Shown piece by piece: positions 8,832 through 17,208 of a stretch of DNA of 64,000 bases; within the stretch, counting starts at the first letter, position 1; each line of letters starts with the position of its first letter. Under the pieces are notes generated by a model. It was not told the origin of the DNA. It saw only the letters and a program-made list of their open reading frames with translations, and searched no databases. The stretch spans positions 6,209-70,208 of IMG/VR virus record IMGVR_UViG_3300044814_000017, one strand, 5' to 3'. The translations under genes and the position numbers were made by a program. The DNA comes from a virus.

Positions 8832-10164
8832 ACGCCATGCGATATTTTTCCGCTACGCTGATGGATGGATGGCACGGTCATTCCCTGAAAAGGCGTTTGT
8901 GTCGGGCGGCGGCTTTAAGCGTTCGTTTTGGAACCTTGAGGCGGTTCTGCAGGCCAAGTCGGATACGGTCTATATAGTTGAAGGTCAGTTGGATGTTGGT
9001 GCCTTGGTTGAGTGCGGTATTTCGGTCGACGAAGTTTTAGGAGCGCATGGGGCCAAAGACAAGCCCACGATTGGCGACCCGAAGGAAATGGCTGGATATG
9101 CCTATGTCGAGGAAGCGCTTGAGGCGGGTTTAAATAGGGTAAAGCGTTTCGTTTGGTGCGGCGACGGAGACGGCGCTGGGCATATCCTGCGTGAGGACAT
9201 GGTGAAATTGCTGGGCGCGGCGCGGTTCTGGTTCATTGAGTGGCCAGAGGGGATCAAAGACGCCAATGACATGCTGCTCAAAGACGGTGCGGAGGCGCTA
9301 CGTGAGTTAGTTTCGGATGGGGCGCTACCATGGCCCGTCAACGGGCTGTACCGCCTCAGTGAGCTTCCTGAGCCCGCTCCGATGGTATTGTGGGAACCGG
9401 GCTTTCCTCAATGGGAGCGGAAGATAATGCTGGCACCGCGAACGTTGAGTGTGGTTACGGGGCATCCGGGGATGGGAAAGACTTTTTTGTGGAATCAAAT
9501 TTGGTTTAACGTTGTCCAGAAATACGGAATACCGTTTTGCGGGGCGTCATTCGAGACGCGACCCAAGCCTCATATTAGGCGTCAGATCAGGACGCTTCTG
9601 ACGGGCAAGAGAGAGTGGGAGTTGGATCAACCCGAAACAGTTGCCGCCGATCAATGGATAAACGATAGATATCTATTTTTGGTGCATCCTGATCAGCGAC
9701 CCAATTTGGAATGGTTTTTGGATATGGCTGAAGTAGCCGTCGTTCGTCATGGCGCGCGCATCATTCAATGTGATCCATGGAACCGTTTAGAAGGCGCGCG
9801 GGTGTCAGGTGAGAACGAAACCGATTATATTTTGCGTTGCCTGCGGACGCTTTATTCTTTTGCGGTTGATATGAATTGCCATGTCCAGATTCTGGCCCAT
9901 CCGTCCAAAATGGAAGGGGCGCGGCGTGGTCAGCCTCCGATGCTGGAGGACATAGCTGGCAGCCGTCATTGGGACAACATTGTTGACCAAGGCTTTACAG
10001 TTCACCGCCCCAAAATGTTTGAAAAAGGCGAGCGCAAAACGGAAGCCTCGCTCTATCAACGCAAGGCGAGATTCGAGGAATTGGGCTATCCCTGCAAGCT
10101 GGAATTGGACTTCAAGGTCAATCTTGGGAAATACGTTTCGGTCGATTATGAGATGGGAGGCTAG
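8668..10164 (+). CDS. TOPRIM primase-DnaB-like helicase (T7 gp4/Twinkle type)
   Basis: IVEGQLD, DGDGAG, KDAND TOPRIM motifs; GHPGMGKT Walker A; DPWN; DIAGS. Confidence 0.92.
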   Translation: MTAGNATAIIVDGTPARVSPAALKWAKEARGLSPATLGQLPVASGITFFPEVGAKRHAIFFRYADGWMARSFPEKAFVSGGGFKRSFWNLEAVLQAKSDTVYIVEGQLDVGALVECGISVDEVLGAHGAKDKPTIGDPKEMAGYAYVEEALEAGLNRVKRFVWCGDGDGAGHILREDMVKLLGAARFWFIEWPEGIKDANDMLLKDGAEALRELVSDGALPWPVNGLYRLSELPEPAPMVLWEPGFPQWERKIMLAPRTLSVVTGHPGMGKTFLWNQIWFNVVQKYGIPFCGASFETRPKPHIRRQIRTLLTGKREWELDQPETVAADQWINDRYLFLVHPDQRPNLEWFLDMAEVAVVRHGARIIQCDPWNRLEGARVSGENETDYILRCLRTLYSFAVDMNCHVQILAHPSKMEGARRGQPPMLEDIAGSRHWDNIVDQGFTVHRPKMFEKGERKTEASLYQRKARFEELGYPCKLELDFKVNLGKYVSVDYEMGG

Positions 10165-10166
10165 GC

Positions 10167-11183
10167 ATGGGCGCGAACAGCAAAATAGAATGGTGTGATG
10201 CGACTTTTAACCCTTGGGTGGGCTGCTCGAAAGTCTCGCCGGCATGCGACGGTTGCTTTGCGGAGCATCTGATGGACACGCGTCTTGATCGTGTCGAATG
10301 GGGACAGCGCAAGACGGAAACCACAAAGGCCAGCGTCGGGACGCGCAGTCGCACCTCTGCCGGAAACTGGAAACAGCCGATCAAGTGGAACAAGGAAGCC
10401 GGAATCGCCGGGACGCGCCCGCGCGTATTCTGCGCCAGCCTTGCCGACGTGTTCGACAACCAAGTCCCGCCCGAATGGCGCGCGGACCTGTTTGAGTTGA
10501 TCCGCGTCACGCCGAATCTCGTTTGGCTGTTGCTGACAAAGCGCCCGCAGAACATCGTCAAGATGGTTCATGCGTCAGGCGCCATCGCCGGCAACGGCAC
10601 ACGGTATCTGCCGCGCAACGCCGCGCTCGGCACCACGATTGAAGATCAGACCCGCGCGGACATCAACGTTCCGGCGCTGCTCGATGCGAAGTATAACTGC
10701 TTTCCCGCTTTCGTTTTCGTCTCATGCGAGCCGCTGCTTGGCGCAATCGATCTGAGGCGCATCTGCCTTCTTCCGCAAAAGCCCGGATCAATCCGTGCCG
10801 GCATTCACATCGATGCCCTCAGCGGCCGCTATTGCGAAAGTGGCCTGCGATACACCGGACCATGGGATATCCGCGGTCCCGCGCCGCCGGCGGATGCGCC
10901 AGCCGTTGTTATCGACTGGGTAATTGCTGGCGGCGAAACCGATCAGGGCAAGCACAAGGCGCGGCCGTCTCAAGTCGCGTGGTTTCGCTCCTTGCGCGAT
11001 CAGTGCAAGGCTTCCGGTACAGAATTCCACTTCAAACAATGGGGTGAGTACGGCCCCTCAACCAGTGGCTGCTATTCGCCGGACCTAGATTTTGTGCCGG
11101 TCGAGAGATTTGGCAAAAAGGTAACGGGCAGGATACTCGACAACCGTGAGCACAACGGTTTTCCTGAATTGGCGCACGCATAA
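10167..11183 (+). CDS. Phage Gp37Gp68 (DUF5131) family protein
   Basis: SKIEWCDATFNPWVGCSKVSPACDGCFAE, LLTKRPQN, WVIAGGE, FKQWG. Confidence 0.92.
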   Translation: MGANSKIEWCDATFNPWVGCSKVSPACDGCFAEHLMDTRLDRVEWGQRKTETTKASVGTRSRTSAGNWKQPIKWNKEAGIAGTRPRVFCASLADVFDNQVPPEWRADLFELIRVTPNLVWLLLTKRPQNIVKMVHASGAIAGNGTRYLPRNAALGTTIEDQTRADINVPALLDAKYNCFPAFVFVSCEPLLGAIDLRRICLLPQKPGSIRAGIHIDALSGRYCESGLRYTGPWDIRGPAPPADAPAVVIDWVIAGGETDQGKHKARPSQVAWFRSLRDQCKASGTEFHFKQWGEYGPSTSGCYSPDLDFVPVERFGKKVTGRILDNREHNGFPELAHA

Positions 11184-11539
11184 TGCCAACCCTATCCAAA
11201 AGCGACCACCGTGCCGTAGTTCGCTACGCAATGGACCGAATAGACGAAGCATTGGCGCAAGCATTAATGCAAGATTTTTGCGCTGCAAATGGCATCCTGA
11301 TCCACACCGTTCGGGATGCGAACAATTCGCCATGGGCGATGGATCAGCGTGTCCGGGTGGCGGTATTTCTCCGTAGCAAGCGCATCAAGCATGTCGTGAT
11401 CGCAAAGTGCATGCATCGGCACGTGGATATGATAAAATACTACACAAGTCCGACGCTGCGCCAGCGCAAGCGGGATTATAACCGGCTCAATACCGGACGG
11501 TGGAGGGAGAGTGTCCAGCCCTTGGAGACGCGCCCGTGA
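11183..11539 (+). CDS. Hypothetical protein, possible HTH
   Basis: Coupled by overlaps on both sides; VIAKCMHRHVDMIKYY is HTH-like. Confidence 0.55.
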   Translation: MPTLSKSDHRAVVRYAMDRIDEALAQALMQDFCAANGILIHTVRDANNSPWAMDQRVRVAVFLRSKRIKHVVIAKCMHRHVDMIKYYTSPTLRQRKRDYNRLNTGRWRESVQPLETRP

Positions 11540-12423
11540 ACGTACTAGATTTATTCAGCGGCATTGGAGGATTTAGTCTTGGCCTCGAAAGAGCAGGAAT
11601 GCGAACCGTCGCATTTTGTGAAATTAATCCATTCGCCCGACACGTCATCGCAAAGCATTGGCCAACTGTCCCTTGCTATGATGACATCCGAACCCTCACT
11701 TACGAGCGTCTCGCCGCCAACGCCGCAACTGGCGACATCCAAATTGATGTCATCTGCGGAGGCTTTCCATGCCAAGACGTATCGTTCGCGGGAAGAAGAT
11801 TGGGGCTGGACGGCGAGCGCAGCGGACTATGGTCTGAATACGCCAGACTTATTGGCGAGATTCGACCCAAAATCGTCATCGTGGAAAACACACCAGGCTT
11901 GCTTTCTCTCGGAATGGGAATCGTTCTCGCAGACTTGGCCGCGCTCAGGTATGATGCAGAATGGCATTGCATACCAGCTTGCGCCGTTGGTGCGGATCAT
12001 CTCCGGGATCGCGTCTGGATCATTGCTTGGCCCAGTGAGGCATATGCTTCCAACGTTGACGGTGAAGGGCAATTACAACGTCAAAGGCATGTCAAAAACC
12101 AGCGGAGACGGGCTGGCGACGGTTTTGCGGAGAACGCTTCCGACTCTGGTTGCTCACGATTACCGGGGAGGAGCGAAGCCGGAATCGGCGGAACGCAAAC
12201 AACTAGATACGGCTCGTGGATTAGACTTGCCATCAAGTCTGCGAATGATTTTCCCCGAGAGCACTGGAATCATAAACCCGTGCTGGGCCGAAGGTTACAT
12301 GGGGTTTCCGATGGGAACTATATACATGACTCCCTTGGCTCATTGTAACACTTCGTGACTGCGCGGTACTTGCGTATACGCAGGATTAGCGTATGTTGTG
12401 TCTATCAGAACCGGAGCAAGCAA

Positions 12424-12711
12424 ATGGACAGCCCATGGGATAGACATCAGGAAATTGAGGACATCCCGCTTATTGAGCGCACCTTTCTTGCTCGGTGTCC
12501 GAACGGAAGAATGACGGCGGTCAATCGCTTTGACTACAATCTGTCGATCTGCACAGGCGGCGATAGCTACGTCCAATGCGTCGATACCGGGCATATACAA
12601 TCCAAGCGGCTTACCTTGTTGACGGAAGAAGAACAGGCTGCCTTTGTGGCGCTAAATGACCGACCTACATACGATGACTGGATTATAGAATTGCGCGGGG
12701 CACCCTTGTGA
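12424..12711 (+). CDS. Cassette cargo hypothetical protein
   Basis: GGAG RBS before ATG 12424; GTGA overlap with the next gene. Confidence 0.6.
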   Translation: MDSPWDRHQEIEDIPLIERTFLARCPNGRMTAVNRFDYNLSICTGGDSYVQCVDTGHIQSKRLTLLTEEEQAAFVALNDRPTYDDWIIELRGAPL

Positions 12712-12899
12712 CCGCCACCCAATACAAAGCCACTATAAAGGCGCTGGGCTTGTCCCAGCACCTCGCGGGCGATTGGCTTGGCATCGGCCGGCGAACCTCT
12801 CAGGGCTACGCGCTGGGCGAGTATCCCGTGCCAGAACCGGTGGCCAAGCTGTTGCGGCTTTGTGTGAAGTTGAAACTTAAACCTGCCGACGTGAAATAG
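12708..12899 (+). CDS. Cassette cargo HTH (Xre/Cro-like) protein
   Basis: LGLSQHLAGDWLGIGRRTSQGYALGEYPVP. Confidence 0.8.
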   Translation: MTATQYKATIKALGLSQHLAGDWLGIGRRTSQGYALGEYPVPEPVAKLLRLCVKLKLKPADVK

Positions 12900-12908
12900 G
12901 AGAGATAG

Positions 12909-13085
12909 ATGGCCGAACTCCACCTTGTGGTTGGGAAAGACAGCTACGGCGTACAGCGTGTCTATGGGGAGCATCGATCCCTTGATGTTGCCGAGACGAT
13001 GGCAAAGGAAGAAGCCGCTACTTACGTCAGGTCTAGGCCAGATACCGGCCCGCTATCGCGTTGGGAATTTGAAATTCTGGAATAG
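12909..13085 (+). CDS. Cassette cargo 58-aa protein (not in the ORF track)
   Basis: AGGAG RBS; reads MAELHLVVGKDSYG...WEFEILE*. Confidence 0.6.
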   Translation: MAELHLVVGKDSYGVQRVYGEHRSLDVAETMAKEEAATYVRSRPDTGPLSRWEFEILE

Positions 13086-13089
13086 GTGC

Positions 13090-13227
13090 ATGGGCGACGA
13101 ACGCGACATTATCGAAAAGCTGCTAGACTTCGAGCGTTGCGGTCAAACGGCAGGAACGCGGGTTAGCCTGCGAGAATGCGCGGCTGTCGAGATATTCAGG
13201 CTCAGGCAAGAAGTCGAACGACTTTAG
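13090..13227 (+). CDS. Cassette cargo 45-aa phage-type protein
   Basis: DIIEKL...AAVEIFRLR resembles DIVERL...AADEIERLR of the ORF at 26712. Confidence 0.55.
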   Translation: MGDERDIIEKLLDFERCGQTAGTRVSLRECAAVEIFRLRQEVERL

Positions 13228-13381
13228 CCACAAAGGACGTAAAATGAGCCAAGGGAGTCATGTATATAGTTCCCTTTCCGATAGGCTGGACAGAATTGAA
13301 GCTCTCGGCAATGCCGTCGTCCCGCAAATTCCGGAAATCATCGGGCGGGCAATCATGAAATACAATTCCGCAAAATAATAA

Positions 13382-13409
13382 TTGACATTCCATTTTACCC
13401 AGCTATTCT
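13382..13409 (+). promoter_or_regulatory. Putative sigma70 promoter of the accessory gene array
   Basis: TTGACA-N16-TATTCT. Confidence 0.55.
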
Positions 13410-13462
13410 AACCATACGCCAAGGAGGCAGCGAGCCTCAGCCCCCACGGATGGGAGATTTAG

Positions 13463-13723
13463 ATGGTTCCAGCCAAAACAATGTTCCTAGACATCGGCCA
13501 GCGCCGATATCAGGTCGCGTCTTTTGAGCAAGCCTCAGTCATGTTTTGCTGCGCCCGCGACAAAATGGGCGAAGGCGCTTCGAAAACTCCCTCTCCCCAT
13601 ATCACGGGAGAGGATGGTTCCGTTATCGGCTACATCGCCTATAATGGGCGGGTGTTCGCGGGAAAGGCTAGGGCATGGACCGTCGAAACGCCGCTGCTGT
13701 TTGATAATCGCGTGGAGGCCTGA
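13463..13723 (+). CDS. Phage hypothetical protein
   Basis: GGGAG RBS; first gene after the promoter. Confidence 0.7.
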   Translation: MVPAKTMFLDIGQRRYQVASFEQASVMFCCARDKMGEGASKTPSPHITGEDGSVIGYIAYNGRVFAGKARAWTVETPLLFDNRVEA

Positions 13724-13902
13724 GTAATGGGCGTCCTAATCACATCCTCCGACCCGCAGGACATCATTGCGCTATTCGTTGGCGAGCGCCAGCATGACGC
13801 GCACGTCAGCGCTCGGAAATGGCATCTGTATATGGTGCAATTCGACGCGAACTATCTGGTCGCCATCGCGCGGCGGCAGACTTACAAGCGGAGCATCGGG
13901 AA

Positions 13903-14208
13903 ATGACTGAGGGCATGACCTGTTACGAGCGCGACGAAACCCTTTGCGAGGATGGTATGTGCCTTCGCACTGGCTGTCGGCTTCGCAATCAGCGGTTGGC
14001 GGCTAGTATTCCAGAGCGCCTAAATCCGCTACTCAAAGTGGACGCGATACGCGCCGCAGATGAAGCTGCCTGCCGTCGTGACGGTATGTTTCGCGATCTT
14101 TTCAGCGAAGATGATCGGCTTGACCTGATCGTCACCATAATTCGGGCGGCAACGACCGTTGCTTTAGGCGCGCCGTCGCTTTCTACAGCGGAGCCGCCCG
14201 ATGCCTGA
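13903..14208 (+). CDS. Phage hypothetical protein, Cys-rich N-terminus
   Basis: ATGA overlap with an upstream 59-aa ORF (13727-13906). Confidence 0.5.
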   Translation: MTEGMTCYERDETLCEDGMCLRTGCRLRNQRLAASIPERLNPLLKVDAIRAADEAACRRDGMFRDLFSEDDRLDLIVTIIRAATTVALGAPSLSTAEPPDA

Positions 14209-14371
14209 CCGCAAGATAATCACCAAATACGACCCGCCGCCGATACCTGCGCGGTTCTGCGATTGGAGCGCGGTACGCGATGGCTGGGATTTGGGAGACC
14301 ATATCGGTTACGGCGAGACTGAATCTGCGGCGGTTGCCGATCTAATGGTGTGGGAGGAAATGGACGAATGA
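14201..14371 (+). CDS. Small phage protein (56 aa, not in the ORF track)
   Basis: PPPIPARFCDWSA...IGYGETESAAVADL; overlapping starts and stops on both sides. Confidence 0.6.
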   Translation: MPDRKIITKYDPPPIPARFCDWSAVRDGWDLGDHIGYGETESAAVADLMVWEEMDE

Positions 14372-14992
14372 GCCATGGTCGCAGGTTAGGTTTTATGTGG
14401 GGGAGCGCTTTCGGGGCTGGGCTTGCTTTAGCCTTGACTCTGCATTGGGCATTTATTGGAGCGGCGTTTGTAAGCGCATTTGGTGTGGTTGCTTTTAGTC
14501 GCAATGATACGGATGCGCTCCTATGACCCAAGCCGCCATAGCCGCTGCCATAGCCCACAAGGTATACGAGGCAGAGCAGATCAACGCCGCCATGTTAGGC
14601 CACGACCGAGTTGACCGCGCCTTACTTAGTTATGGGGCTTGGACGGAAACATTCGCCCGTGCGTTTGAGGCGGATAGGCCAGCAGTATGGCCGCGCGGAT
14701 GTGAGCCGCAGTAATGCGCAGCGCGATCCTCATAGTTTTAATGGTCATCGCTGTTGGCGCGTCGCTGTTGGTGCATTGTGCGGCATGCGAGCTTCACGTT
14801 TGGGCTGTCGACCGAATGTCCAACGCAGATGAAAAGAAGAAGTATCAAGGTTGGTTTTATCGCTACGCTCAAAAAGTCAGCCGCCCCGTCCTGTGGCTTG
14901 AAAACAAGGGGTGGATTTGATGCCCGATAACCCCCTCCAGCACCATCAGCGAGCCGAAGTAATTATATTTCAGCAACAGAAAGGATAAGATC

Positions 14993-15859
14993 GTGAAAAA
15001 GAGAATTGAGGTTCATTCGCAGGTGGAATTCGACGCCTGCGTAAAACTCGGCAACATCGCCGTTGTGGTCAACTGTAGCGTCGTGGCGTGGGAGAATTCC
15101 AGCGTCGAGGCGTGGGAGAATTCCAGCGTCGTGGCGCGGGGGAATTCCAGCGTCGTGGCGCGGGGGAATTCCAGCGTCGTGGCGCGGGAGAATTCCAGCG
15201 TCGTGGCGTGGGGGAATTCCAGCGTCGTGGCGTGGGAGAATTCCAGCGTCGTGGCGCGGGGGAATTCCAGCGTCGTGGCGCGGGAGAATTCCAGCGTCGT
15301 GGCGTGGGAGAATTCCAGCGTCGAGGCGTGGGGGAATTCCAGCGTCGAGGCGCGGGGGAATGTGTTCGTCCGGCTTTGGTCCGCGCTTTCGATCAAGGCT
15401 TCGCTGCGCGTCGCGATCATGGTGCATGGCACCGCCGCAACGCTTGAAGGCGGCAATCAAATCCAGGCGCTCAATCCGCAGATCGGCTCGGAATGGTGCG
15501 AGTATTTCGAAATTGATCCGGCGACCACGCCGTTCGTGATTCCGGATATCGACGCCGCCATCTTAAAATCCATCGAGGCCAACAAAGCTGCGGGCACCAA
15601 CGGCCTAGATATGGGCAGTTGGCACGGCCAGGAGTGCGATGAAACCAACTGGTGCGACACGACGCATTGCCGCGCTGGCTACGCCATCTGTCTCGCTGGA
15701 AAGGCTGGATTTGAATTGGAGCGCAAAGTTGGGGCTGAAACTGCTGGTAAAATGATCTATGCGGCAAGTCGACCGGACAAACCGCTTCCGGATTTTCACG
15801 CCAGCAATATGCAAGCGATGGAAGATATCATTGCTAGCGCGCGCAATGGCGGTAGTTGA
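14993..15859 (+). CDS. Octapeptide-repeat (beta-solenoid-like) protein with C-terminal Cys/His domain
   Basis: 12 x NSSV(V/E)A(W/R)(E/G); C-terminal LDMGSWH...CDTTHCRAGYA. Confidence 0.85.
   Translation: MKKRIEVHSQVEFDACVKLGNIAVVVNCSVVAWENSSVEAWENSSVVARGNSSVVARGNSSVVARENSSVVAWGNSSVVAWENSSVVARGNSSVVARENSSVVAWENSSVEAWGNSSVEARGNVFVRLWSALSIKASLRVAIMVHGTAATLEGGNQIQALNPQIGSEWCEYFEIDPATTPFVIPDIDAAILKSIEANKAAGTNGLDMGSWHGQECDETNWCDTTHCRAGYAICLAGKAGFELERKVGAETAGKMIYAASRPDKPLPDFHASNMQAMEDIIASARNGGS
15071..15358 (+). repeat. 24-bp coding tandem repeat, 12 units
   Basis: Unit AATTCCAGCGTCG(T/A)GGCG(T/C)GGG(A/G)G; the first unit is divergent. Confidence 0.97.
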
Positions 15860-16131
15860 TGACGCCTCAAGAATTCAGCGACATACGGTCAACTTTCGGC
15901 TTAGGCCGAAAAGAATTTGCGTTGCTACTTGGGTACACGGGCGAGCCTCGGAACAATTGGGTTACCATCAAGCGGTACGAAACCGGAGAACGTGACATTC
16001 CACCAACAATTGGACGCTTGGCATTAATGCTATCGTGGTTCTATTGTGATTTTGGGAGACTGCCTGATCTAGATGCGGGGGAGCGGAACCCTCCATTAAC
16101 ACACTCGGAGTTTTTGGAGCGCAGGACATGA
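15856..16131 (+). CDS. Xre-type HTH protein
   Basis: MTPQEF..IR..FGL.RKEFALLLG...IKRYETGERDIP. Confidence 0.8.
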   Translation: MMTPQEFSDIRSTFGLGRKEFALLLGYTGEPRNNWVTIKRYETGERDIPPTIGRLALMLSWFYCDFGRLPDLDAGERNPPLTHSEFLERRT

Positions 16132-16580
16132 CTAGAGCACAACGCAGAACGCTAGAAGCCGTCAAGGCGGGCAAGTCTCCCACCCTGGCAGGCAGAGCGC
16201 CGAAAGATGGCGAATGGTTTGTTTGCAAGGGCAGGTTTGGGTATTCGATCCATCAGGCAATCCGCGTTACAGCGGCACTGATTTTCTACAGGTACGAAAC
16301 GAACGGTCGCGATCATCGCGCGCGTCAAGATGAAATAGTTTTCTCGGGCGGCAAAGCCAGCGCTGAAAAACTAGCTGCCCAGCTAACGTCATCACGCGCT
16401 CAATATGACCATGAATGCCGAACGGCTCACGAGCGCAAAGAAAAACGCAACGCTGAGTTAATCGAAGCTGCCCGACAAGCCCTTAACGCATCCCTCTCAC
16501 CGCCTCTAGATTGGAAACAAGATCAGGCCGAAACTTCTTGCCTGCCCCGCTCACCGGCAGAGAGGGAGGGACAGCAATGA
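16128..16580 (+). CDS. Phage hypothetical protein
   Basis: ATGA-coupled on both sides. Confidence 0.65.
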   Translation: MTRAQRRTLEAVKAGKSPTLAGRAPKDGEWFVCKGRFGYSIHQAIRVTAALIFYRYETNGRDHRARQDEIVFSGGKASAEKLAAQLTSSRAQYDHECRTAHERKEKRNAELIEAARQALNASLSPPLDWKQDQAETSCLPRSPAEREGQQ

Positions 16581-16755
16581 GCCAAGACAAAAACGATATC
16601 GGCAACATGACCGAAAAGGAAATTCCCGGCGTCCTCGAATATTACAAGGGACGGCTTCTCGAGGTGAAGGATGCAAGTCGCGAGGGTTGGTGGCGCTTCC
16701 ATGAACATTACGACCGCCACGGTTATTGCGATAATCCGGCGCGGGGTTACTAGCC

Positions 16756-17208
16756 ATGACCTCCCCCACCCTCCTATCCCTGGCAGGCAGAGTAGAATCT
16801 CTGACGGGGCGCGATCGGAATATTGCGAACGACGTCCTGTACGCGTGCGGTTGGACGACGCATGAAATCGGTGAAGGTGATAATCGCACCACGATTTGGA
16901 CAGCGCCGCGTGGCGAAGAGTTTACTGACGGCGATCAACCCGACCCGACCGCCTCACTCGACGCCGCGATGACGCTGGTGCCGGAAGGCTGGGGCTGGAG
17001 CGTTGGCGATGTTCATGGGCCGCTAGAAGCATATTCTGGCAGCAGCGTACCTTGGGCTGAGATTTGGACCCGCGATGATCGCGACGTTCAAATCCCCGAC
17101 ATGAACTGGGATGGTTGCCGCAACCATCTTAATGCCGCCACGCCTGCGCTCGCACTAACCGCCGCTTCCCTCCGCGCCCGCTCCGCATTGGAGGCCAGTC
17201 ATGGGTAA
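16756..17208 (+). CDS. Phage hypothetical protein
   Basis: TASLDAAMTLVPEGW and AATPALALTAASLRAR, patterns common in alphaproteobacterial phage small proteins. Confidence 0.75.
   Translation: MTSPTLLSLAGRVESLTGRDRNIANDVLYACGWTTHEIGEGDNRTTIWTAPRGEEFTDGDQPDPTASLDAAMTLVPEGWGWSVGDVHGPLEAYSGSSVPWAEIWTRDDRDVQIPDMNWDGCRNHLNAATPALALTAASLRARSALEASHG

Larger units (their letters stand above)
12313..13274. mobile_element. Non-autonomous inverted-repeat cassette (MITE/MIC, IS1595-like ends) with cargo ORFs
   Basis: Perfect 32-bp TIR GGGAACTATATACATGACTCCCTTGGCTCATT (12313-12344 / 13243-13274); 8-bp duplication TTTCCGAT (12305-12312, 13275-13282); no transposase inside. Confidence 0.95.
11564..13358 (+). 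pseudogene. Alternative-frame (beta-subunit-like) polypeptide nested in the C5 methyltransferase, also interrupted
   Basis: Long +1-frame ORF with two LPTL repeats; INPCWAEGYMGFP joins IGWTEL after removing the insertion; true start uncertain. Confidence 0.7.
11536..13378 (+). pseudogene. C5-cytosine DNA methyltransferase interrupted by a 962-bp insertion
   Basis: DLFSGIGG, GGFPCQD, ENTPG, RDRVW motifs; removing 12313-13282 gives ...HGVSD|RLDRIEALGNAVVPQIPEIIG... ending TAA at 13378. Confidence 0.93.

Noticed and set aside
12313-12358. Apparent C-termini GNYIHDSLGSL and GTIYMTPLAH, the latter also in minus ORF 13202-13393
   Set aside because: These are translations of the inverted repeats, not protein homology
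15071-15358. CRISPR array or DGR-like repeat
   Set aside because: Units are contiguous with no unique spacers and keep an 8-aa frame; no cas or reverse transcriptase gene is in the window
14963-15539. Several overlapping ORFs in other frames across the repeat
   Set aside because: A stop-free 24-bp repeat opens all frames; only 14993-15859 has an RBS and unique flanking domains
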